NCBI GenBank assembly: GCA_037131775.1
Contig: JBAXQK010000006.1
Location: 1 to 54,785 of the forward strand
Reading direction: 5' to 3'
Length of the DNA: 54,785 nucleotides
From: Candidatus Uhrbacteria bacterium
GTDB lineage: Bacteria; Patescibacteriota; Patescibacteriia; UBA9934; GWF2-40-263
Shown piece after piece: positions 36,602 through 44,720 of the stretch. The notes below the pieces were generated by a model that ran no database searches, was not told where the DNA came from, and saw only the letters and a program-made list of their open reading frames with translations. How positions within the stretch are numbered: position 1 is the first letter of the stretch; each line of letters begins with the position of its first letter. The position numbers and the translations under genes were made by a program.

Positions 36602-36642
36602 CGTTCCCCCTCCTGAAAGGCAGGAGGGGTCAGGGGTGGTCG
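36602..36642 (-). repeat. ~40-bp palindromic element, copy C (intergenic)
   Basis: Reverse complement CGACCACCCCTGACCCCTCCT-GCCTTTC-AGGAGGGGGAACG. Confidence 0.85.
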
Positions 36643-36664
36643 TCACGCGTAATACCCTTCCCCC

Positions 36665-36696
36665 AAACCAAAACCACTGCCAAGTGGCAGTGGTTT
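36665..36696 (-). terminator. Intrinsic terminator downstream of the S-layer-like gene
   Basis: AAACCACTGCCA-AG-TGGCAGTGGTTT, with TTTTGGTTT tail on minus strand. Confidence 0.65.
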
Positions 36697-36807
36697 GGAT
36701 CCTCGGCATCCGGAACTCCGGCGCGGGCGGGGGCGGTCGATTGCTCGACCGTCCCTCGGTCCCGCATTGGAGAAAAGGGATGGGCGAAGAAGGGTGATCA
36801 AGTACGA

Positions 36808-39800
36808 TTAGTACTGGATCGTTCCGCCCGTGACCGGGAGGTTCTTGACCAGGTCTCCGTAGAAAGACGTGGTGTCGGTGTCATCTTCCCAGTCGAGGGA
36901 GTTGAGACCGGCGGCAGCAGCCTCGTCCTGGTCCGGAATCTCGATGCGGATCGCATCGTCATCCGAGGCCGAGGCGCCGAGGGTGTCGACCTTCAACACG
37001 TAGGTCTTGGTTTCGCCAGCTCCGATCTCTTCGGCGCCAGCGGCGGCCGTAAGGTCGAGGTCGGCATACGCGAGCGTACCTGCGCCACACGCGTCACCAT
37101 TGGACTCATAGAAGGACCATCCGCCCACGTCAAGTTTCGTGGAAGAATCGTCAGCATCGTAGAGGGTGAACTTGCTGTCCTCGTCGAGGCTGCCACAGGC
37201 ATTGAAGGCGCTTCCAGACTCGGAAGTGACCACCTTGAAGAGAATGTCGTTGAGCGTGACATAGCCACGCGAGTCGGCCGCGACGTTGAAGCGGAACACT
37301 TCAGAGTCGCCCGCGACACCGGAGCCCGACGGGCTGCCAGAGGCGAGGGAAAGGGTCGGCTTCGTCTTGTGGAGCGTCATCTCGTTGGCGGCAATCACGT
37401 TGTCGCCCGTGTAGTCCGTGACCGTTTCGCCAGAGGCGGAACCGATGGCCTCGAAGTTGTCATCGGTCATGTCGAGCTCGATGGTGTCGCCAGCGGACGC
37501 GCCGGTCGAGGACACGGAAGCCGTGTCGATCGTGACGGTCATCGTGCGGGTCGACTCGGTCGGGACGTAGAGGTCCAGGCCGTCGAACGACACGACGCCG
37601 GCCGACAGGTATCCGGACTTCGTTTCCGTGGCGCCGGCGCTGTTCGTGTAGGAGATCTTCACGACGGAAGCGGCGTCATCGGCAGAGCCCGAGTTGTCGA
37701 GCTCAATGTGGTTCACGACGAACGGCTCGTCGGAAGCAGTGAACTTGAACTTGGACATGGCCACACCCGTGGAAGCTCCAAGGATGATGGTCGAGTTGGC
37801 CGTGGAACCGTCAAGGGAAACCGCGAGGCTGCCCATGTCGGAGAGGGTGATGGTCGTCACCGCGCCGTCGGTGTTGTCCGTTCCAACGTTGGCGTTGACA
37901 TCCTGGCCATCGCCGTCTTCCGCCACAACATCCTCGTCGTTCGCGATGCCGAACGCGAAGGCGTCGTCATCACCGCCCGTGAGGTCCGTGTTGGAGAAGT
38001 TGCACTTGAGAACGAGCTTGGACGTTTCGCCAGCGGCGACGGTCCAGCTGAAGCTCTGGAACTCAAGGTTGGCATCGCCGGAGTTGTCCGTCGGCGATTC
38101 CGGGCCGTCCACGAGGGAGCCGGATTCGCTGTCGTACAGCGAGCAGGAGGAAACGTAGTCGCCCACGTCAACGTCCGCCTCGCCGATGGAACCGTCGTCG
38201 GCACCGGTCACCGCGTAGGTGATGTCGGTCACCGTGACGTCGGACGCGTTGCCAGCCTCAAAGTTGAAGCCGGAAACGGACACGCCCGTGGAACCCTTAA
38301 CGAAGAGACCGTCGGACGGCGGGGTGGACGCGTTCACGTCGAGGGAAGCATCCACCGTCGTGAAGTTGTGGCCCGTGATGTCCGAGGACGGGGTGATGTC
38401 GGTGACGTCGTCGCCGTTCGCATCCTCGGCGGTGACGGAGCCCATGTCGATGGCGACATAGTACACGTTGCCGGCCGGGGTGTTCACGTCGACGTCGGCC
38501 GTGATCATAAGATCGACGGACTCGCCGGCCTGCATCGTCTGGTCGTCCGTGAAGGTCACGGTGTCATCGGCATCCTCATCGCCGGAAAGATCTTCCGGTC
38601 CCATCCAGACGGAACCATCGCTCTCGCGGATGGCGATGTTCTGGAGGTTGAGGTCGCCGTCGGCCTGCACGAGACCGTCGTTGCCGCCAAGACCATCGTC
38701 GGTGGAAGAGCTGACGATCACGTCCAACTCCTTCAGCGTCGTGTAGTTCTCGGCCGTAACGGTGAAGTCCATCAGGTCCTGCTCGTTCGCGTCGACCTGG
38801 ATGTCGTCAGCTGCCGGGCCGTTGAAGGCGAAGGTCAGCTGGCCGCCCTGGATCGTGGAGAACGAACAGTCGTCGCCGGAGCCGCACTGCGAGCCCGTGG
38901 CGTCGTAGCTGGTGATGTCAACGCCGAGGTTGAAGCCGTAGTCGCTGCCCACCGCAACGACGTCCGTGGCCGCCTCGATGCCGACGCCGATGTCGTCGCC
39001 GGACTGTCCGCCGATGTCAGCGGAAACGGTCAAGTTGGCGTTATCGCCGTCCTTGATGAAGAGGGAGCTCGTAAGCACGAAGGTCACGAGGTCGCCGCTC
39101 ACCGTACCGGTGGCAAGCAGGGTGCTGGCCTTCTTGAGCTTGTAGTTGGTGTGGTCGGAGGCCTGATCAACGTTGATCGTGACCTGCGAAAGCGTGGCGT
39201 CCTCGCCGTCCGGGGTCACCTTGAACTTCGCAATGTCCGCGCCCGTCTCGCCGATCGTCGGATCGGTGATGGAGCCCGTCTTTTCGACCAGGACCGTTCC
39301 GGCGTCCGTCGTGGAGAAGGTCATGGTGTTGCCCGAGATCGGGAACGAGCCGGAGACCGTCGCCGTCGACGTGACGGAGGAGGCGCTCGAGAGCGCGAAG
39401 CTCGCCGTGTCGCCGCCGACCGCGTCGGTGGAAACGTCCGAGCGCACCGTCACGTAGGTGGAGGCGCCGGAGGCGAGGGAGATTCCAAGGCCCGAGAAGG
39501 TCACGTTGCGCGTGGACGAGTTGATGGACCGGGCGTCCGTCAAGCGCATGGAGCCTTCGTACAGGTAGGAGTTGTCGAGGTCAGAGATCGAGCCGATGCC
39601 GCCGAGGTGGAAAACCATCTGGGAGACGCTGGCCGATCCGGAGGAGGCCATCAGCTTCACCTTCGTGAAGGAGACGGAAGCCGCTCCGCCCGGGACAGTC
39701 GCGGAAGCCGGGGTGTCGGAGGCGAGGGAGACCGAGAGGCCGCCCGTGACCGCCGTGCCAAGCTGGGCCGCGTCCGTGAGGGACGACTCGGCGGACGAGA

Positions 39801-40467
39801 GCTCCGTTCCAGCCGAGAGGCCGGAGAGGGTGGCGCTGGAGCCGTCGAGCACGTTGCGGGACTGGAGGCGGTTGGCAGTCATGCCAGCCGACGAAACCAG
39901 GCGCTTCGAGCTGCCGCTGACGAGGTAGGTGGATCCGCTCATGGAGACCATGGCGCCGTTGAAGGCGTTCGTGGCCGACGTGAGGGAGGTACCGACGGTG
40001 TAGTCGACGAAAAAGGTGTCGGCCACGTCATCGATCATGGTGTTCCAGTCGCTGCCGGCAAGACCGGAAGCAACGCTCTCGGACTCGATCCAGCGGATCT
40101 GGCCCTCCGGCGTGACGACGTAGGTCTTCGGGTCGCTCTGGATCTTGATCCAGCGGGAGCCCGGGCGGTACACGACGTTCCCGGCGAGCGGGATGGCCGC
40201 GAGCGCGCTGTCCGAGATGGTCTCAACGGACGAGAAGTCCGAGTACCAGGAGAAATACGTCTTCTCGTTCGGGAAGGCGTAGCGGGAGCCGTCAGAGCCG
40301 TAGTAGTACAGAGTGGAAAGGGTGGTGCCTTTGATGAGGCTGCCGGCAGAAGCGGCGTGGGCCGTCATCGGGGCGACGAAGGAAGAGATGCCAACGGACC
40401 ACAGGATGGTCGCAGCTGCGACGGCGGTGGTGAAGGCCTTCTTTCCCATGTTGAGGGAGTCGGTCAT
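36808..40467 (-). CDS. Large secreted S-layer-like surface protein
   Basis: ~1220 aa Ser/Thr/Asp/Gly-rich, signal peptide (AHA-A), LIKG...LYYYGSDGSRYAFPNEKTYFSWY domain, repeated Ig-like modules; strongly biased codon usage suggests high expression. Confidence 0.8.
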   Translation of the reverse strand: MTDSLNMGKKAFTTAVAAATILWSVGISSFVAPMTAHAASAGSLIKGTTLSTLYYYGSDGSRYAFPNEKTYFSWYSDFSSVETISDSALAAIPLAGNVVYRPGSRWIKIQSDPKTYVVTPEGQIRWIESESVASGLAGSDWNTMIDDVADTFFVDYTVGTSLTSATNAFNGAMVSMSGSTYLVSGSSKRLVSSAGMTANRLQSRNVLDGSSATLSGLSAGTELSSAESSLTDAAQLGTAVTGGLSVSLASDTPASATVPGGAASVSFTKVKLMASSGSASVSQMVFHLGGIGSISDLDNSYLYEGSMRLTDARSINSSTRNVTFSGLGISLASGASTYVTVRSDVSTDAVGGDTASFALSSASSVTSTATVSGSFPISGNTMTFSTTDAGTVLVEKTGSITDPTIGETGADIAKFKVTPDGEDATLSQVTINVDQASDHTNYKLKKASTLLATGTVSGDLVTFVLTSSLFIKDGDNANLTVSADIGGQSGDDIGVGIEAATDVVAVGSDYGFNLGVDITSYDATGSQCGSGDDCSFSTIQGGQLTFAFNGPAADDIQVDANEQDLMDFTVTAENYTTLKELDVIVSSSTDDGLGGNDGLVQADGDLNLQNIAIRESDGSVWMGPEDLSGDEDADDTVTFTDDQTMQAGESVDLMITADVDVNTPAGNVYYVAIDMGSVTAEDANGDDVTDITPSSDITGHNFTTVDASLDVNASTPPSDGLFVKGSTGVSVSGFNFEAGNASDVTVTDITYAVTGADDGSIGEADVDVGDYVSSCSLYDSESGSLVDGPESPTDNSGDANLEFQSFSWTVAAGETSKLVLKCNFSNTDLTGGDDDAFAFGIANDEDVVAEDGDGQDVNANVGTDNTDGAVTTITLSDMGSLAVSLDGSTANSTIILGASTGVAMSKFKFTASDEPFVVNHIELDNSGSADDAASVVKISYTNSAGATETKSGYLSAGVVSFDGLDLYVPTESTRTMTVTIDTASVSSTGASAGDTIELDMTDDNFEAIGSASGETVTDYTGDNVIAANEMTLHKTKPTLSLASGSPSGSGVAGDSEVFRFNVAADSRGYVTLNDILFKVVTSESGSAFNACGSLDEDSKFTLYDADDSSTKLDVGGWSFYESNGDACGAGTLAYADLDLTAAAGAEEIGAGETKTYVLKVDTLGASASDDDAIRIEIPDQDEAAAAGLNSLDWEDDTDTTSFYGDLVKNLPVTGGTIQY

Positions 40468-40611
40468 AATTATAGTAAGTATGTAGCGTTTATTCACATG
40501 CTCACAAGCGGCTTGGCAGCCTCGACTTTTCAGCTTGTTCGCGTCCTTAGCAAAGTAAGGCGGGGTGAAAGCCCTGGCTTGACGTCCGACGTTCGGGCGC
40601 CAGGCCAGAGC

Positions 40612-41661
40612 TTACGCTCCGGTGGTGATATCAATTTCAAGCTCGGTGATAATGTCCTCGGAATGCGTGACATCCGTGTCGATTTGCGCGAGCAGATCGA
40701 ACGACTTGCGGAACCCTCCGCTCGCGAACGCTTCCATGGCCTTTTGGATCTCATCCTCATGCGCGCTCGCGTCGAGCTTCGCGTCCTTGATCCTGTCGGC
40801 GAACGTGGGATTGACCGACGTTCGTTTCGCGAGCACCCCTTCGATGACCGCGAGGCGTCCAATGGAGAGAGCGATGCGCGTGTTCAGATCCTTCAGCTTT
40901 GCCTGGAAACTTTTTTGAAGCGACTCGGTGGTGACCGGCTGCTCATTCGCCTCGTTGCTCGCGACGATCGTGTTGAGCGCCTGGGCGCCGCTGCCCTGCG
41001 CCGCGGCGACCGCCCCGGCGACATCGCCCTTGTTCGCGTCGGATACCTGGGGCTCGGACTGCGCGATGGTCGCCTGGTACTCGTCGGTCTTCTGCCCGAC
41101 CACGATGGCGAGCGCGGCCGCCTGGCCCGGGTCAGAGATCTGGACATTCATCAGCTCGTCGTTGACCGAGGCGATCTCGAGCTTGAACCCGTCCACCGCC
41201 GCCTTGACCTTCTCGTCCTTTCCTTCCGCGTTCGAGCTCGTGATCGCGTTCATCTCGTCGAGTCGTCGCCCGGCGAATTCCGCGTGGAGCTTTGCGCGCT
41301 GCTCGCCCGAGGTGGAGAGCGTGATCTGCGCGTGCTCGGTGGCGAGCTTCACCGGATAGAGGACGTCGCCCGGCACGGAGTCGAACGAGGCGTTCACCGT
41401 GGCGACCCAGCTTCCGAAGATGAGCATCACCGCGGAGAAGCCGACCGACATCGGCTTGAGGAGGACATGGGAGAACTGATAGTTGAGATATTGGAGGTAG
41501 TCGACCATCGAGTACGCCGTGCGCTCGAGCTTGGCGTCCGATCCGATCTCCCGAGACAATCGAGCCCACGCTGCCGCGTCGTGCGAAACGGAAGCGGCGC
41601 CTCCCAGCTCGGGGGCGTCCTTGTGCTTCTGCAGCATCGCGATGAGTTGGTTATTCGTCAT
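40612..41661 (-). CDS. DUF5667-type membrane-anchored protein (putative anti-sigma)
   Basis: ATG 41661 overlaps sigma stop; single TM then SVPGDVLYPVKLATE...RRLDE motif. Confidence 0.75.
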   Translation of the reverse strand: MTNNQLIAMLQKHKDAPELGGAASVSHDAAAWARLSREIGSDAKLERTAYSMVDYLQYLNYQFSHVLLKPMSVGFSAVMLIFGSWVATVNASFDSVPGDVLYPVKLATEHAQITLSTSGEQRAKLHAEFAGRRLDEMNAITSSNAEGKDEKVKAAVDGFKLEIASVNDELMNVQISDPGQAAALAIVVGQKTDEYQATIAQSEPQVSDANKGDVAGAVAAAQGSGAQALNTIVASNEANEQPVTTESLQKSFQAKLKDLNTRIALSIGRLAVIEGVLAKRTSVNPTFADRIKDAKLDASAHEDEIQKAMEAFASGGFRKSFDLLAQIDTDVTHSEDIITELEIDITTGA

Positions 41662-42203
41662 AGGTGTGTTCGGAGTTCCTTGAGCGCCCGGTGAAGGGTC
41701 ACTCGCACGGCGCCGGCGGTCTTTTCCATTCGCTTGGCGATCTCGTTGAAGTCGAGCTGTTCGAAGACGCGGAGCGCGATCACTTCCTGAAAGTCTTCCG
41801 GCAGCTTGTGAAGCGCGTCCTTGATCATGCGGAGCTCCGCGTTCGCCTCGATGGCGCCGGACGACCGCTGCGTGTCCTCGAAGTCGTGTCCGGATTCCTG
41901 CATCTCGGAGAGCGACGCGTCGTTCTTTTTTCCCTTCCAGTAGTCCTTGATCGCATAGCGGGCGATGTGGAAGACCAGGCCGGAGAAGTGATCCTTGTCG
42001 GTCGAGTGCGAGGTGAGGATGAAGTTCCATGCCCGCAGGAAAACCGTGTTCAGCATGTCGTCGGCATCCTCGGTCGAGGAGAGCCGGCTGCACAGGAACG
42101 TGTACAGGGATTTCTTATACTCCAGGAACAGTTCGGCAAATGCCCGCTGGTCCTGGTGCGTCCGAATCCGGAAGAGAAGGAATTTTTCGCGTTCGCTATG
42201 CAC
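41658..42203 (-). CDS. ECF-type RNA polymerase sigma factor
   Basis: Region 2 (DADDMLNTVFLRAW...IAR..IKDYWK) and region 4 (LPEDFQEVIALR...FNEIA..M.KTAGAVRVTLHRALKEL). Confidence 0.9.
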   Translation of the reverse strand: MHSEREKFLLFRIRTHQDQRAFAELFLEYKKSLYTFLCSRLSSTEDADDMLNTVFLRAWNFILTSHSTDKDHFSGLVFHIARYAIKDYWKGKKNDASLSEMQESGHDFEDTQRSSGAIEANAELRMIKDALHKLPEDFQEVIALRVFEQLDFNEIAKRMEKTAGAVRVTLHRALKELRTHL

Positions 42204-42349
42204 AGGAATAGATGGGGTTGGAAATTTGTTACAAAAGGAGGTCAGTATAGCTTACTTTAGCCAAAAAATCAAGGGTTTGGGGTGTTTGGTGAGGTTTTAG
42301 TGGACTTTTAGGGTTGTTTTGGCTACACTGGTGTGGACAAATTTGACGA

Positions 42350-42432
42350 TTAGGCATAAGGCTGAAAGGCTTTAGGCTTAAGGGTCTACGGAAAATTCCT
42401 TTAGCCTTATGCCTTTCAGCCTTTAGCCTAAA
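42350..42432. repeat. Heptamer-built (T/GA/TAGGC core) imperfect inverted repeat, gene-less relative of the four-helix-bundle flanks
   Basis: TTAGGCATAAGGCTGAAAGGCTTTAGGCTTAAGG...CCTTTAGCCTTATGCCTTTCAGCCTTTAGCCTAA; shares TAAGGCTGAAAGGC with 47957-47988. Confidence 0.8.
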
Positions 42433-42440
42433 CCTCGCCT

Positions 42441-42734
42441 ATGCCCATCACTTCCATCATTCGTCTCTCCGTATCCGAGGCCGCCCGAATGTTTGGCGTG
42501 TCCCAGCGAACGATCCGCCGCGCGGTGGCCGATGGACAAATTACCTATGTCGTGGTCCAAGGAAGGTATAAGCTGAACTTTGAGAGCCTGCTCAAGTGGT
42601 CACAGGATACCACGACCGTCCGCAACAAGCGCGACAAAACGGGGATCGGCCAGTACGTGAACCAGTGGCGCATAAAGAACAAGCTGTTCTCCCCGAATCC
42701 GAAGTCAATTGAGGAAGCTGATAAGATCACATGA
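42441..42734 (+). CDS. Excisionase-family helix-turn-helix DNA-binding protein
   Basis: LSVSEAARMFGVSQRTIRRAV.DG.I...GRYKL HTH_17-like pattern. Confidence 0.8.
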   Translation: MPITSIIRLSVSEAARMFGVSQRTIRRAVADGQITYVVVQGRYKLNFESLLKWSQDTTTVRNKRDKTGIGQYVNQWRIKNKLFSPNPKSIEEADKIT

Positions 42735-44719
42735 AAGAGGCAAGATTCAAGAAACAAGAACCAATGAAATTTCAAACTTCAATCTTGAAAGTTTCAGGTT
42801 TTGGATTTTCAGTTTTCTTTGTTTCTTGTCTCTTGTTTCTTGCATCTTTCCCCACTGCCCTTGCGGCGAACGGCGACTTTGTGCGGACGTCGAACTATTA
42901 CCTGATGTCCGGATCCGCGCTGGAGAGCCAGGCGACCATCGCGACGCTATCTTCCTTCGACCTGATCGTCATCCCATCCGAGGCCCAAGTATACAACAAG
43001 CCGTTTTTTTCCGCCGTGCGAAAACTGAACCCCGACATCATCATCCTCGCGTACGTCCCGACCGTCTCGTGGAACAACGCCTTCTGGTCCGATCCGCTCC
43101 ACGCGCAGATGAAGCGCGGGATCCGTCCCGACTGGTGGCTGAAGGACGCGAACGGCGGGCGCGTTTCCATCTGGCCGAACACGACCGCGCTCGACCTGAA
43201 CTCGGGATGGACGGACTATCTTGCCGGGTTCGTGAAGTCGAGCGTGATGGACACGGGACTCTGGGATGGAATCTTTTACGACGAGGTGCAGGACCGCGAC
43301 GACTGGAAGAGCGGATACGCGCATCTCCTGGCCGTGACGCGATCGAAGCTTGGCAGCTCCGCGGTGATCGTCACGAACGGATCGTCCTCGGCGTCGTTCA
43401 CGCCGTACGTCAACGGCCGCATGTTCGAGACCTTCCCTTCCGCCGGCGATCCGACCTCCTCATGGACGTCGCAGGCAAAGGACTACCTTTCCCTCTCGTC
43501 GAAGGTCGGCCACGACGCGGTCATCGCCGTGAACGTGAACACGGACAATACGGGCGCGCAGACCAACTACCAGAAGATGCGCTTCGGGCTCGCCACGACG
43601 CTGCTTGGAGACGGGTACTTCGGCTACGACTTCGGCACGCAGAACCACGCGCAGCTCTGGACGTACGACGAGTACTCCGCGTCGCTCGGCGCGCCGAAGG
43701 GATCCGCGGAACAGACGTCGAACGTCTGGAAGCGCGAATACGAGCAGGGCGAGACCGTCGTCAACCCGACGAACGTCCCCCAGACCGTGAGGCTCGACGG
43801 CGAATACGAGAAGCTTCGCGGAACCCAGGATCCCGCGACAAACAACGGATCGATCGTCTCCAAGCTCACGCTCGCGCCGCAGGACGGAATCCTTCTCCTC
43901 CGGCCGCTCGAGACGATCGTCGACGCGACTTATCTCAACGGTTCATTCGCCCACGTCTTCTCCGCGACCGGCGCGACGAAGCGCAACGGGTTCTTCGCCT
44001 ACGAGCGCAAAGCGAAGGGCGGGACGCAGGTGAATTCCTACGACCTCGACGGCGACGGGAGGAACGAGACCGTCGTGGCGGACAGCACGTACGTCACGAT
44101 CTATAACGCCGACGGCACGGTCCATGCCAAGTTCGCGCCGTACACGGAATCGTTCAAGCTCGGCATCAACCTCGCGATCGGCGACCTCGAGCACGACGGG
44201 TCCGTCGAGATCGTGACGGGGACGGAGAATGGCGGCGGCCCCCAGATTCGGATCTTCAACAAAAACGGAAATCTGATCAACCCGGGGTTCTTCGCCTACG
44301 ACACGGCGTTCCGCGGCGGCGTAAACGTGGCCATCGGCGATTTGAACGGCGACCGCGTGGACGAGATCATCGCCGGCGCCGGAGTTGGAGGAGGGCCGCA
44401 GGTGCGCGTGTTCAACAAGGCGGGCAGGCTCATCAACCCCGGATTCTTCGCCTACGATCCCGCCTTCCGGGGCGGCGTGAACGTGGCGGTCGGCGACGTG
44501 GACGGAGACGGAATCGGCGATATCATCGCGGGGGCTGGAAAGGGGGGAAGCCCGGAAATTCGCACGTTCGACCGCGATGGGAAGAAGAAGGCGGACTTCT
44601 TCGCCGCGGACGCAAGCGAGCGCAACGGCGTCGAAGTCACCGCCGCGGACATCGACAAGGACGGCAGGGCGGAAATCATCGGGCTGTCGAGCGACGTGTT
44701 TACGATGTCATTCAACTGA
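42731..44719 (+). CDS. Secreted putative glycoside hydrolase (TIM-barrel) with C-terminal FG-GAP-like repeats
   Basis: Signal peptide; RKLNPDIIILAY, WDGIFYD, NGRMFE motifs; C-terminal repeats GFFAYD.AFRGGVNVA.GD..GD...EII.G.G.GGGPQVRVF. Confidence 0.75.
   Translation: MKEARFKKQEPMKFQTSILKVSGFGFSVFFVSCLLFLASFPTALAANGDFVRTSNYYLMSGSALESQATIATLSSFDLIVIPSEAQVYNKPFFSAVRKLNPDIIILAYVPTVSWNNAFWSDPLHAQMKRGIRPDWWLKDANGGRVSIWPNTTALDLNSGWTDYLAGFVKSSVMDTGLWDGIFYDEVQDRDDWKSGYAHLLAVTRSKLGSSAVIVTNGSSSASFTPYVNGRMFETFPSAGDPTSSWTSQAKDYLSLSSKVGHDAVIAVNVNTDNTGAQTNYQKMRFGLATTLLGDGYFGYDFGTQNHAQLWTYDEYSASLGAPKGSAEQTSNVWKREYEQGETVVNPTNVPQTVRLDGEYEKLRGTQDPATNNGSIVSKLTLAPQDGILLLRPLETIVDATYLNGSFAHVFSATGATKRNGFFAYERKAKGGTQVNSYDLDGDGRNETVVADSTYVTIYNADGTVHAKFAPYTESFKLGINLAIGDLEHDGSVEIVTGTENGGGPQIRIFNKNGNLINPGFFAYDTAFRGGVNVAIGDLNGDRVDEIIAGAGVGGGPQVRVFNKAGRLINPGFFAYDPAFRGGVNVAVGDVDGDGIGDIIAGAGKGGSPEIRTFDRDGKKKADFFAADASERNGVEVTAADIDKDGRAEIIGLSSDVFTMSFN
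42734..42849. repeat. Heptamer-built (CAAGAAA) imperfect inverted repeat encoding the signal peptide region
   Basis: 42734-42769 versus reverse complement of 42814-42849: 30/36 matches by manual alignment. Confidence 0.75.
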
Positions 44720-44720
44720 T

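Noticed and set aside
36448-41694. 1748-aa plus-strand ORF
   Set aside because: Antisense shadow of the S-layer, DUF5667 and sigma genes caused by high-GC codon bias; V/R/G-rich with no recognisable motifs.
42441-42734. Prophage/ICE boundary suggested by excisionase-like HTH
   Set aside because: No integrase, att-like direct repeat, tRNA or phage genes nearby; the gene is translationally coupled to a surface-protein operon.
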